Of a stretch of 64,000 nt of DNA, positions 38,068 through 47,767 are shown piece after piece. Made by a program: the position numbers and the translations under genes. Origin of the DNA: a bacterium (GTDB lineage Bacteria > UBA8248); NCBI GenBank assembly GCA_965200245.1, contig CBDATS010000015.1, positions 320,001 to 384,000 of the forward strand, in the 5' to 3' direction. Position 1 is the first letter of the stretch. Each line of letters opens with the position of its first letter. The notes under the pieces are model-generated. The model saw nothing but the letters and a program-made list of their open reading frames with translations, made no database searches and was not told the DNA's origin.

Positions 38068-39333
38068 ATGGCCACATCCATTCGTCCCATCGTCCAGGGC
38101 ACACTGCCCAAGCGCAGGATTCGCTTTAAGGGCCGAGGCCTCAAAGGCGAGATGATTGGCTTTTGTCGCATCCTCAGGCGCGCGGGCCTCAAGATTACCT
38201 CAGGACGCATCATCGATGTGTTTCGCTGCTTCGATTCGCTCGAAGCCACGAATCTCGACAATATCTACATCGCCAGCAAGTCGAACCTCATCTCGAGTCA
38301 GGATGAAAGCATGATCTTCGACGCCGTGTTTCGGCAGTACTGGTTCGATGAGGAAGGAAATCCCTACACTGGCGATGAGTCTGTCCAAGTCGACACGCAA
38401 TTCGAGGAAGAAGGCGAAGGGCAGGCCAGCGAAGGGGGCGGATCTTCAGAGGAAGGAGAATCGGATGTCGAGGGCGAAGGTCAGGAAAACCCCGGGCTCC
38501 CTTCGGAGGACGACGTAGAAAGTGCTGCGGAACCCGGCGAGCAGGGAGACGATGACGAGGGGGTCCCCTCCTATAGTCCCGCTGAAGTCATATCCGACAA
38601 GGATTTTTCATCGCTGAACATGGATCAGGTCGCCGAACTCAGGCGACTCATCGCGAAACTCGTGCCCAAGCTTGCGACCAAGATCAGCCGCCGGAAACGG
38701 CCCGACATGCGTTCTCCCGAAATCGATATGAGGCGAAGTGTCAAGAAAAGCGTGCGATCGGGTGGCGAGGTGCTGAAACTCTTCCGCCGGAGAAGAAAGA
38801 TACAAAAAACCCAAATCGTACTTATCTGCGACGTATCCGGTTCAATGGACAGTTATAGCCAGTTTCTGATTCAGTTTCTCTACAGCCTGCAGAACGAGAT
38901 CAAATCACTGCGAACTTTCGTCTTCAGCACACGCCTTTCGGACGCTACGCCGTACCTGCGCCACAAGGACGTGAATACCGCTCTCAAGCGCCTCTCGATG
39001 GAAGTGCACGACTGGAGTGGCGGTACGCAGATCGGCAATTGCCTGAAGACCTTCAACTATGAATACGGCAGAACCATTCTGAACAGCCGAACCATCGTCA
39101 TCGTCATTTCGGACGGCTGGGACCGAGGCGACACGGATACGCTGGCCGAGGAAATGAACCGGCTCAAGAAAATCTGCTACAAACTCTTCTGGCTCAACCC
39201 CTTGCTCGGTAGTCCCGGTTACCGCCCGATCGACAGGGGAATGAGAACGGCCCTTCCCTATTGTGACGAGTTTCTGGCCGCACACAATCTGGACAGTTTA
39301 ATCGACATGACGAACAAGATCGCGCGCATATAA
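38068..39333 (+). CDS. coxE: VWA domain protein, CoxE type
   Basis: CDVSGSM MIDAS, FSTRL, WSGGT.IG, SDGWDRG, WLNPL. Confidence 0.9.
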   Translation: MATSIRPIVQGTLPKRRIRFKGRGLKGEMIGFCRILRRAGLKITSGRIIDVFRCFDSLEATNLDNIYIASKSNLISSQDESMIFDAVFRQYWFDEEGNPYTGDESVQVDTQFEEEGEGQASEGGGSSEEGESDVEGEGQENPGLPSEDDVESAAEPGEQGDDDEGVPSYSPAEVISDKDFSSLNMDQVAELRRLIAKLVPKLATKISRRKRPDMRSPEIDMRRSVKKSVRSGGEVLKLFRRRRKIQKTQIVLICDVSGSMDSYSQFLIQFLYSLQNEIKSLRTFVFSTRLSDATPYLRHKDVNTALKRLSMEVHDWSGGTQIGNCLKTFNYEYGRTILNSRTIVIVISDGWDRGDTDTLAEEMNRLKKICYKLFWLNPLLGSPGYRPIDRGMRTALPYCDEFLAAHNLDSLIDMTNKIARI

Positions 39334-39414
39334 TTAGCCCCCGTTTCTTCGTGCGCCGCCTGATTGTATATAAACTGCATTCCTGTTGTGCTGTTTTGCG
39401 GACGGGGAACGAAA

Positions 39415-40077
39415 TTGGCGAATTTGCTGATATACACGGCGGACAACGGGTTCGCGGACGCGCTGGGACGCGCCTTGAGGCGAGAGGGACATTTCTGCAA
39501 GATGGTGCAGGATGAAACCACCGCTCTACAGGAAGTGCGTTCCAGGGGTTTGGCCCTCATCCTGCTTGATGACGCCCCTGCCCTGCCTGCAGTCAACGAT
39601 TTGCGGAACTGGACTACGCTGCCGATTCTCCTGCTCTTGGAACCTGACCGCCTTGCCGTCGTTCGCATGCCTTCCGAAGCCGACGACATTCTCGTGAAAC
39701 CAGTCCGGGAAGAAGAACTCCTGTACCGCGTCCGCAGCCTGTGCAATCGCCCGGAACAGAATCCCGATGGAGGGCGAACCCACAAGAGCAAGGGATTGAT
39801 GCTTGATGAAAACCGCTACGAGATCAGGCTCGATGGCGAATTGATCGATTTGACCTACCGCGAATTCGAGCTATTGAAGCACCTGATCAACAATCCTGAA
39901 CGCGTCTTCGACAGGGAGCAGCTTCTGAACCTCGTGTGGGGGATCGACTATTTGGGTGGTCCGCGGACGGTCGATGTTCACGTTCGCCGTATTCGCGCGA
40001 AAATCGAAATCAAGGGATATTCATTTATTTCCACAGTGCGTGGGGTCGGATACAAATTCATTGGAGAATCTTCATGA
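39415..40077 (+). CDS. OmpR-family response regulator, GlnR-like, with atypical receiver
   Basis: DLTYREFELL..L...P.RVF.REQLL..VWG.DY.GG.RTVDVHVRR.RAK. Confidence 0.85.
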   Translation: MANLLIYTADNGFADALGRALRREGHFCKMVQDETTALQEVRSRGLALILLDDAPALPAVNDLRNWTTLPILLLLEPDRLAVVRMPSEADDILVKPVREEELLYRVRSLCNRPEQNPDGGRTHKSKGLMLDENRYEIRLDGELIDLTYREFELLKHLINNPERVFDREQLLNLVWGIDYLGGPRTVDVHVRRIRAKIEIKGYSFISTVRGVGYKFIGESS

Positions 40078-40198
40078 CGCCTGTAGGCTGACGTATTTTC
40101 GGGGCTATGGAAAGTCTGTCTCCTGAAACCGGTTCGAAACCTGCATGATATAGGTTGAGTCGATCTGCAGGGAAACATCGTCTCATCTGGAGTTCATC

Positions 40199-41545
40199 AT
40201 GTCTGACGCATTCGACGACAAGGATCGTGAATTCGTAATCAATCAGGCCCGCGAACTCGGCGTGCGTTTCATCCGCATGTGGTTCACGGACATTCTGGGC
40301 TTTTTGAAGAGTTTCGCCATCACAATAGAAGAACTCGAAAACGCGCTTTACGATGGGCATCTATTCGATGGGGCCGCCATACAGGGTTTCGCGCGGATTG
40401 AAGAGAGCGATATGTTCGCCCATCCCGATCCCACCACGTTCTGCGTTCTGCCCTGGAGGCCGCAGGACGGGGGAGCCGTTGCGAGAATGTTCTGCGACAT
40501 CAAGGATCCAGACGGCAACCCCTATGAGAGCGACCCGCGATACATACTCAGGCGAACCCTGCAGAGTGCCGCGCAAAAGGGATTCACGTTCTACGCGGGC
40601 GTGGAGTATGAGCACTACTACTTCAAATCTCCCGAACTGCCGATTGAAACGCTGGACCGGGGCGGATATTTCGATCTCACTCCCCTGGACATCGCAAGCG
40701 ATCTCAGGCGCGAGACGGTTCTCAACCTCGAAAAAATGGGGATCGGCGTCGAATACAGCCACCATGAGGTGGGGCCCAGCCAGCACGAAATAGACTTGCG
40801 CTATGGGGATGCGCTCACCATGGCGGACAATGCGATGACCTACCGGCTCGTTGTCAAGGAAGTCGCGATGCGGCACGGCGTCTACGCCACCTTCATGCCC
40901 AAGCCTCTGTCCGAAGAAAATGGAAACGGAATGCACACTCATCTCTCCCTGTTTCAGGGTTCAGTCAACGCGTTCCATGATCCCGAGAAACCCGGCGGCC
41001 TTTCGGGTACGTGTCAGGCGTTCATCGCAGGCCTCATCAAATACGTGCCGGAGATGACGCTCGTCTTCAACCAATGGGTGAACAGCTACAAGCGACTCGT
41101 TCCCGGTTTCGAGGCACCCGCCTACGTCACCTGGGCGCACCAGAGCCGCAGCGACCTCATTCGCATTCCCAGCACGCGCAAGGGAATGGAATCCGATACG
41201 CGAATCGAGTTGCGATCACCGGATTCTGCATGCAACCCCTATCTCGCGTTTGCCTGTATGCTGGCGGCGGGAATGGCGGGAATCGAAGAGGGCCTGCCTC
41301 CGGTTCCGTCCGTGGAGGAAAACGTCTTCGAGATGAGCGAGGAGAACCGCAAGAAGAAAGGCATCAAAAGACTGCCGGGCAACCTTCACGAAGCTACGGT
41401 GCTGGCCGAGCAGAGCGATTTCCTGAGAGGCGTGTTCGGAAACCAGTTGTTCGATAAATTTATCGAGAACAAAAAGCTCGAATGGGAACCTTACCGCGCT
41501 CATGTTTCAGATTTCGAACTCAACAAATATCTATCGATTCTCTGA
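40199..41545 (+). CDS. glnA: Glutamine synthetase family protein (GSI-alpha/GlnA2-like)
   Basis: WFTDILG.LKS, FDG..I.GFAR..ESD, HHEVGPSQHEI, TFMPKP, GNGMH, NSYKRL.PG.EAP, RIELRSPD..CNPY. Confidence 0.93.
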   Translation: MSDAFDDKDREFVINQARELGVRFIRMWFTDILGFLKSFAITIEELENALYDGHLFDGAAIQGFARIEESDMFAHPDPTTFCVLPWRPQDGGAVARMFCDIKDPDGNPYESDPRYILRRTLQSAAQKGFTFYAGVEYEHYYFKSPELPIETLDRGGYFDLTPLDIASDLRRETVLNLEKMGIGVEYSHHEVGPSQHEIDLRYGDALTMADNAMTYRLVVKEVAMRHGVYATFMPKPLSEENGNGMHTHLSLFQGSVNAFHDPEKPGGLSGTCQAFIAGLIKYVPEMTLVFNQWVNSYKRLVPGFEAPAYVTWAHQSRSDLIRIPSTRKGMESDTRIELRSPDSACNPYLAFACMLAAGMAGIEEGLPPVPSVEENVFEMSEENRKKKGIKRLPGNLHEATVLAEQSDFLRGVFGNQLFDKFIENKKLEWEPYRAHVSDFELNKYLSIL

Positions 41546-41586
41546 ACGCAGCCCTTCTCTCCCCAGGCAAACGGGAAAGGAGGCCG

Positions 41587-41916
41587 CTAATCAGCGCAAC
41601 TTCGGGCCAGCCAGTCGAGGTAGGACGAATTGCCTTTGTCGATCGCTATTGCCATCACCTCCGGTACTTCGTAGCTATGCTTTTCGGCCAAATAATCAGC
41701 GAGGGCTGGCAACTTCTCCTTCGTGGTCTTGATGATGAGCAGGACCTCTGTATCGTCCTGGATCGCTCCTTCCCAGCGGTAGAAACTGCGAACACCCGGA
41801 ACCAGGTTCACGCAGGCGCACAGATTGTGTTCGACCAGTGATTCTGCAATCCGCGCCCCCTCTTCTCCGGAACCCGCAGTGCTCAAAACGACCCGAAATT
41901 CTTTTCCGTCTTTCAT
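41587..41916 (-). CDS. cutA: Divalent cation tolerance protein CutA
   Basis: LCACVN, S.YRWEG, IKT, HSYEVPE. Confidence 0.95.
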   Translation of the reverse strand: MKDGKEFRVVLSTAGSGEEGARIAESLVEHNLCACVNLVPGVRSFYRWEGAIQDDTEVLLIIKTTKEKLPALADYLAEKHSYEVPEVMAIAIDKGNSSYLDWLARSCAD

Positions 41917-41925
41917 GCCTGTTCC

Positions 41926-42882
41926 TCATGCACCTAGTATTTTTTCGGCTGCACTGTAGGGGTCCATTGTTCGCGTGGCGATGGCGCCCAGCAGTTCATC
42001 GAGTTCCTGCCCGCCCTCCACGCCGTCTCCCATCCGCTCTATGGCGAGTTCCCTCATCACCTCCGAAAGTATGATGCGTGCGCGTTCCCGCCCGAGACGA
42101 TCGGCCTCGTGCGAATGTTCCCGTAAATAGGCCATGCGCGCCTCGATCTGCACTGCCAGTTCCTCCGTGCCCTCGCCCGTCAGCGCCTCCGTTTTGAGAA
42201 CCGGGGGTCTCCATGTGTCCGCCTCACCGGGATGAAACCTGAAATCGAGCATTTCCTCTATATCTTTCACTGTCCGGTCCGCACCATCTCTTTTCGCCTT
42301 GTTCACCACGAAAATATCGCCGATCTCCAGGATTCCGGCCTTCGCCGCCTGTATATGGTCTCCCCCGCCGGGCGTCTGGAGCAGCACGACCATGTCCGCA
42401 TATTGCATGATGTTCACCTCGCCCTGCCCCACGCCCACAGTCTCGATAATCACGACGTCCCAGCCCATGGCGTCCATGACGCATAGCGCATCTCCCGTCG
42501 TGCGGGCGAGCCCGCCCAAGTGACCGCGTGTGGCCATGCTGCGAATAAAGACTTTCGGGTCCGTATTGTGCCTGCCCATTCGGATTCGATCGCCCAGAAT
42601 GGCACCGCCCGTGAACGGGCTCGTCGGGTCCACGGCGATGACACACACCCTTTTCTCCCGGGCGCGATAATGGGTGATCAGCTGGTCGGAAAGCGTGCTC
42701 TTGCCCGCGCCCGGAGGACCGGTAATCCCGATAACCAGGCTTTTCCCCCCCTTCAGATACAGTTCCTGTAAAATGGGTTTCGCACGAGGGTCGTTGTCCT
42801 CCACAAGCGTGATGAGCCTTGCGGCCGGACGAACCATACCGTCCAGAATCCGGGAGACTGTGATTTGATTGTCGGAATTCAT
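41926..42882 (-). CDS. meaB: MeaB/ArgK B12-mutase-associated GTPase
   Basis: GITGPPGAGKST, DPTSPFTGGAILGDRIRM, ETVGVGQ, VVNK. Confidence 0.95.
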   Translation of the reverse strand: MNSDNQITVSRILDGMVRPAARLITLVEDNDPRAKPILQELYLKGGKSLVIGITGPPGAGKSTLSDQLITHYRAREKRVCVIAVDPTSPFTGGAILGDRIRMGRHNTDPKVFIRSMATRGHLGGLARTTGDALCVMDAMGWDVVIIETVGVGQGEVNIMQYADMVVLLQTPGGGDHIQAAKAGILEIGDIFVVNKAKRDGADRTVKDIEEMLDFRFHPGEADTWRPPVLKTEALTGEGTEELAVQIEARMAYLREHSHEADRLGRERARIILSEVMRELAIERMGDGVEGGQELDELLGAIATRTMDPYSAAEKILGA

Positions 42883-42946
42883 TCTATATTATTTATCAAT
42901 ATTTTATTAGGTTAATCTCAAGTTGTTTATTGACATATGCCTGGCC

Positions 42947-44092
42947 TCACGAATCGAACAGGCAGCGGTTGATAAGGTTGCGATGCACCTCGCCTGTGCC
43001 TTCGCCAAGGGGAAACATACGGGCGTCACGCCAGAGCATTCCCGCCGGCGCCTCTGCAATGTAGCCATAACCTCCATGAATCTGGATGCCCCTGTCACAA
43101 ACGCGAAGACAGGCTTCCGAGGCGAAAAGTTCCGCCATCGTCGCTTCTTCCCTGTTGTCTCGCCCGGCATCGCGGATTTTCGCTGCATTTGCAATCATCT
43201 CACGCGCCGTGGCAACGTCTATGGCACTATCGGCCATCAACCCGCGTAAACCGGCGAAATCGGCAGGCGATTCGCCGGGCGCCTCACGCTTCTTCATATA
43301 GGTGACAGCCGCGTCGAGAGAAGCCTGCGCTATGCCGACACATATCGCGCCGAGCGCCACCCTGCCATCGCCCATAACGTGCATCGCCTGCTGAAGACCT
43401 TCTCCTTCATTACCGAGCAGACGCCCCGCCGGAATCACACAGTCCTCGAAAATCATTTCGGTCATACCTGCCGAACGCATACCGAGCGCCCGTTCACACG
43501 CGACACTTTTGCGCCCCTCATCGTCCTTTTCTATCAAAAACGCGCTGATTCCGTTTTTCCCCTCCGCCGTGCATGCAAGGATAACCGCACTCTCAAATTC
43601 CACCCCCTGCGCGACGAACATTTTCGCACCATTGATGACATACGTATCTTCCGTTCGCCTCGCCTCGCATTCGGGAACGGCTGCATGACTGCCGGCGACT
43701 CGCTCCGTAATCGCCCATGCGCCTATGGCTCCTTTTGTCAGGGGAGGGATGTAGAGATTTTTCAGTTCATCCGACCCGTATTGCAGCAAGTACCCCCCGC
43801 ACAGGCCCGCAGAGACGCTGATCGTGAACGCGAAACTCGGGTCGCCGCCTGCCAGTTCCTCCAATACGAGACATTCGTCAAACAAGCCGAGACCACGTCC
43901 CCCCAGGTGCTCGGGTATTTTGACGCCGATGAACCCCGCCTCCGCCGCCTCCTTGTATAACTCGAAACAGAATACCCCTTCCCTGTCACGCTCTATGGCG
44001 CCGGGGGCGAGTCTCTGCTGGGCGAATTCACGAGCTTCCTCCTGGAGGGATGCTTCTCTTTCCGATAAATCCGTGTATGTGGCGATCGACAA
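42947..44092 (-). CDS. Acyl-CoA dehydrogenase
   Basis: INGAKMF, LGMR, G.EGEG, QIHGGYGY, RDAR....GEGT. Confidence 0.9.
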   Translation of the reverse strand: MSIATYTDLSEREASLQEEAREFAQQRLAPGAIERDREGVFCFELYKEAAEAGFIGVKIPEHLGGRGLGLFDECLVLEELAGGDPSFAFTISVSAGLCGGYLLQYGSDELKNLYIPPLTKGAIGAWAITERVAGSHAAVPECEARRTEDTYVINGAKMFVAQGVEFESAVILACTAEGKNGISAFLIEKDDEGRKSVACERALGMRSAGMTEMIFEDCVIPAGRLLGNEGEGLQQAMHVMGDGRVALGAICVGIAQASLDAAVTYMKKREAPGESPADFAGLRGLMADSAIDVATAREMIANAAKIRDAGRDNREEATMAELFASEACLRVCDRGIQIHGGYGYIAEAPAGMLWRDARMFPLGEGTGEVHRNLINRCLFDS

Positions 44093-44097
44093 GATCG

Positions 44098-45105
44098 CTA
44101 TCCTCCGTTTGCCTGGAGAGCCGGCAGGATTTCTTCGCCCAGGAGGGTCAACCTGTGAGGATTGACGTCGAGGTCGGGGATGGTGACCAGGATATGGTCA
44201 ACGCCCGCCTTTGGATATTCCCTGAGTCGCGCAACGCAATCATCCGGCGTTCCATAGACACTTCCCGACTCGGGGATGACACTCAGCTTCTCGCGAGCCG
44301 TTCTGGCAACCGACCTGTCTTTTTCAGGAATCACCATGACCATGAGAGATGCCCGAATCGCCTCGGGATCTCTCCCTGTTTTTTTGCATTCGGCCTCAAT
44401 CTCCGGTCTTTTTTCCAGAAACTGCTCAGGCGTCCACCAGCGGCAATTGTAGCCATCCGCCTGACGGGCCGAAACGCCAAGCAGTTTTGGGCCCTCGCCC
44501 CCTGTCCAGATCGGAGGGTGCGGTTTCTGGAAAGGAGGCGGATCGCAAACGCCGTTTTGGATCTGAAAATATCCGCCTTCGAAATGAGGAGCGGGTTCAG
44601 TCCACATTGCGCGAATCAGCTGAATGGCTTCTTCCACTTGCTTGATTCTCACGGCGGCGGCTGGATAGGGGTATCCGAAAGAATGATATTCGTTTTCGAT
44701 CCAACCCGCCCCAATCCCGAAATCAACCCGGCCCTTGCTGATGACGTCGACCGTGGCCGCCGTTTTCGCCAGCATGGCCGGCGGGCGGTATCCTACACAT
44801 GACACAAGCGTGCCCAGACGCAGGGTTTCAGTATCCCGTGCGAGAGCGGCGAGGGTCGTCCAAGGTTCCAGAATTGCGGTATCGGAGGATTGTTCCTTCT
44901 CGTCCTGAGCACCGAAACCCGTCTGGCTCCCATAGGAGGCGGGATCGAGCGTCACGAAATGATCGCAATGCCACAGGGAACCGATTCCCAGTCTTTCCGA
45001 CTCCTGGGCGATTTCCCTTAATTTCTCATAATCACCGATATACGTACCCTTGAGCGTCAGGGCCACGATGATGCCGACTTCCACCATGATTTTCCTCTTG
45101 TTCAC
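44098..45105 (-). CDS. Luciferase-like monooxygenase superfamily oxidoreductase (possibly F420-dependent)
   Basis: DHF, EPWTTLAALA, R.PAMLAK.AATVD.IS.GR...GIGAGW...E, QKPHPPIW.GG. Confidence 0.9.
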   Translation of the reverse strand: MNKRKIMVEVGIIVALTLKGTYIGDYEKLREIAQESERLGIGSLWHCDHFVTLDPASYGSQTGFGAQDEKEQSSDTAILEPWTTLAALARDTETLRLGTLVSCVGYRPPAMLAKTAATVDVISKGRVDFGIGAGWIENEYHSFGYPYPAAAVRIKQVEEAIQLIRAMWTEPAPHFEGGYFQIQNGVCDPPPFQKPHPPIWTGGEGPKLLGVSARQADGYNCRWWTPEQFLEKRPEIEAECKKTGRDPEAIRASLMVMVIPEKDRSVARTAREKLSVIPESGSVYGTPDDCVARLREYPKAGVDHILVTIPDLDVNPHRLTLLGEEILPALQANGG

Positions 45106-45209
45106 GCGAATATGTGGGAACCTTTTCGAATACGCACCTTATCAGTATTCGGAATGAGAAACGAGAGGAAGCGAACAACCCGGCCTGTGTCGTTTGATGC
45201 TCAGGGCAC

Positions 45210-46091
45210 CTATTTCCCCAAAACGACCCCGGCAGCACCGAGCACGGAGAGTAAACCACCGATGACGACGCGCAAATTCACCGCTTCCTGTTTTCTGAAA
45301 AACAGCCAGGACAGGAATATGATGAGAAGCACGGAGAGGCGATTCAGGGGAATGATCTGGACGATCTTCCCCGTTTTTATGGACGACCAGAAGAAAAAGG
45401 CAGCTATGGCGTTCAGGCAGGCACCTCCCAGTACGGCCAGGAGTCCTTTTCTGTCCCACGATTTGGGTGCCCTCCCCTCCACGGAGAAAGGCAGAACAGC
45501 CAAAGCGAAGCAAAACGCCGTCATGCTGCCGGCCGTCATGCCCAAAGAAGCAGATTTGATAATCTGCAGTCCGAACTTGCCGAATATGTGCGTCATCGCA
45601 AACAAAACGGCCGTGCCCAAGGGGGCCATATAGTAATACAGCGGAATCCGCCTCTGGACCTCGCCTTTTTCATAGACCAGCAGAATCGAACCCGCCATGA
45701 TTGTCAGCGTCCCGAGCGCGATGAGCCAAGTCATCTGCTCGCCTGCGAAAACCACCGCAAACAAAGAAGCCCACACGAGACTGGTCTGGGTAACGATGGA
45801 GGAGCGCGCCAGTCCCACCAGTTTCATCCCGACAAGGCTCAGATATCTGCCGACAAATGAGCCGGAAACACCCATGGCAGCGAACCACAGGATCCCCCCG
45901 ATCGGCCAATCGGTCACACCGCCTTCCAACAGATAAAACATGGTTCCAAAGCACATCTGCACGGCGATCATGAAAACGTTCATGACAACGGGACTGAGTC
46001 GCGCTACGCCGGCGCGGTATAGCGTGCGCGCGGAAGCGATGAAACAGGCCGCGACAAGAGCAAGGATGTTGGGATGGATAAAATCGAGCAA
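45210..46091 (-). CDS. EamA/DMT transporter
   Basis: About 10 TM segments, two EamA-like halves; TTG start. Confidence 0.85.
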   Translation of the reverse strand: MLDFIHPNILALVAACFIASARTLYRAGVARLSPVVMNVFMIAVQMCFGTMFYLLEGGVTDWPIGGILWFAAMGVSGSFVGRYLSLVGMKLVGLARSSIVTQTSLVWASLFAVVFAGEQMTWLIALGTLTIMAGSILLVYEKGEVQRRIPLYYYMAPLGTAVLFAMTHIFGKFGLQIIKSASLGMTAGSMTAFCFALAVLPFSVEGRAPKSWDRKGLLAVLGGACLNAIAAFFFWSSIKTGKIVQIIPLNRLSVLLIIFLSWLFFRKQEAVNLRVVIGGLLSVLGAAGVVLGK

Positions 46092-46094
46092 CGC

Positions 46095-46982
46095 CTATCT
46101 TCCGGCCACGATGGCGAAAGCGCCCAGAAGCGCTATCAATGCACCCAGGACGACGCGCCACGTCACGTTTTTCTGCCTTCGAAACAACAGCCAGGACAGG
46201 AAGATGATCAACAGGACGGAAAGGCGGGTCAAAGGGATGACGCGGGTGATTTCTCCGAGTTTCACCGAAGACCAAAAGAAGAAAATACCGCATCCCTGGA
46301 GCGCGGCACCGATGAGAAGGACGAAGAGCCCTCTCCTGTCTCCACTCGTGCCCGGGTCTCCCTGGCCCTGCGCGAAGGGCAGCGTACCCAGCAAAAGAGT
46401 GAGCGAGGTCGTGTTGGCGACCGCCATCCCAAAAGCGGAAGAGGATATCCACTCGAATGCGAATTTTCCCACCAAATGCGCAAATGCGTACATCAGTGCC
46501 GACGCTATGGGAATCGCATAGTAGTGAAACGGTATCCTGCGGCCAATATCTCCTTTGGGATTGTAGACAAGCAGGCTCGCGCCGCACATGACGCCCAGAA
46601 TTCCGCCCGCTTTCTGAAGCGACATGCTCTCATCCAATATGAAGACGGCCAGGATCGACGACCACACGAGAACGGTCTGGCTCATTACCGCCGCGCGCGC
46701 CAGCCCCGTGTAACGGATGGCAACAAAATTGATGTATCTTCCCAGGAAACTTCCGAAAAACCCCATCGCCATGAACCAGAAAACGCCCTGAAAAGGTATC
46801 TGGTCGAGCGATCCCTCCACCCAGTAGAAAAACCACCCGAAAGAGGTCGTTACGCACGCCATTACAAGATTGGCCGTGTGCATTTTCATGCGCGGAATCG
46901 CATAGCGCTGCGATACGCGGGCGAATGCGATGAGGGTTGCGGAGCAGAGCGCCAGAATGTTGGGGTGAATTGCGTCAAGCAA
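46095..46982 (-). CDS. EamA/DMT transporter (tandem paralogue)
   Basis: Clearly similar to the neighbour (IHPNILAL, GS..GRY, IPL.RLSVLLIIFLSWL). Confidence 0.85.
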   Translation of the reverse strand: MLDAIHPNILALCSATLIAFARVSQRYAIPRMKMHTANLVMACVTTSFGWFFYWVEGSLDQIPFQGVFWFMAMGFFGSFLGRYINFVAIRYTGLARAAVMSQTVLVWSSILAVFILDESMSLQKAGGILGVMCGASLLVYNPKGDIGRRIPFHYYAIPIASALMYAFAHLVGKFAFEWISSSAFGMAVANTTSLTLLLGTLPFAQGQGDPGTSGDRRGLFVLLIGAALQGCGIFFFWSSVKLGEITRVIPLTRLSVLLIIFLSWLLFRRQKNVTWRVVLGALIALLGAFAIVAGR

Positions 46983-47287
46983 AACATTCAGCCTTCTGTA
47001 TTGAAAAACGCATTTGCTCTCACGTCCCCTTGATAACCCGCGTCCAGACGTTTGACCGATAATTCGCTGAAGCCGAAGCGAGTAGCAAAAACATCACTTG
47101 CGATAGGGGTGAAAAAGGGTTCTGGAACTCAGAATGGAACACAAGGAATCGGTTCAAGGAATTTCCCAAAAGCCAGAGTATAATAGTCGATTATGGCATG
47201 AAATGCATCTTTGGGGATAGCTGCAGGCGTCAGGAAGCGTGCGTTACGACACGGAATCGATAAGTGAGGCTGGTCCCACAATCTTCT

Positions 47288-47767
47288 CTACATCTCGTCC
47301 AGACTCTTGTCGACGACGGGTCCCTGATACCCGGGAAAATTCTCGACATAGGGGCAATCCTCGGGAAGTCCCCCCATTTCAATGATTTCAGGGCCTATCG
47401 GCAGGCACATCGACTCTATTTCAAAACGATCGGCGTATACGCGGCAATGATTGGTCTCGGCATCAAGATATGTGCATGCGCTCGTCAGGAGGAGCAACCT
47501 TTCCCCCTCCCACACCTTGTCATAGCAACACTTCCCGCAACCAGTGCAAAGTGCTTCCCATTCAGGTGTCCCTGAAGGGGGCAGATTCTCGTCCATCCAT
47601 TTCTGGATTTCATCAAGGCGACGCTCTCTTTTCGTCTTGTACATCGGGATAACCAGTGGAGTATCCTGCTTGAGACGTCCCTGCTCGGACGCCTTCCAGA
47701 TACGGCGATTGTTGCTGTCTTTTTTCAGCTTGCTTCGTTTCATGGAATCAGTCTTCGAACCGTGCAT
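47288..47767 (-). CDS. YcgN/YkgJ-type cysteine cluster protein
   Basis: WEALCTGCGKCC, C..LD....C..Y..R....C, LP.DCPY. Confidence 0.85.
   Translation of the reverse strand: MHGSKTDSMKRSKLKKDSNNRRIWKASEQGRLKQDTPLVIPMYKTKRERRLDEIQKWMDENLPPSGTPEWEALCTGCGKCCYDKVWEGERLLLLTSACTYLDAETNHCRVYADRFEIESMCLPIGPEIIEMGGLPEDCPYVENFPGYQGPVVDKSLDEM

Noticed and set aside
38380-38570. Acidic Glu/Gly-rich stretch in coxE
   Set aside because: Low-complexity linker usual in CoxE-type VWA proteins, not a repeat element
35633-39333. Aerobic CO dehydrogenase
   Set aside because: No large subunit present, so substrate cannot be assigned
46983-47287. Possible ncRNA or riboswitch in long intergenic regions (also 48550-48771)
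   Set aside because: Only short imperfect repeats; no recognisable conserved motif
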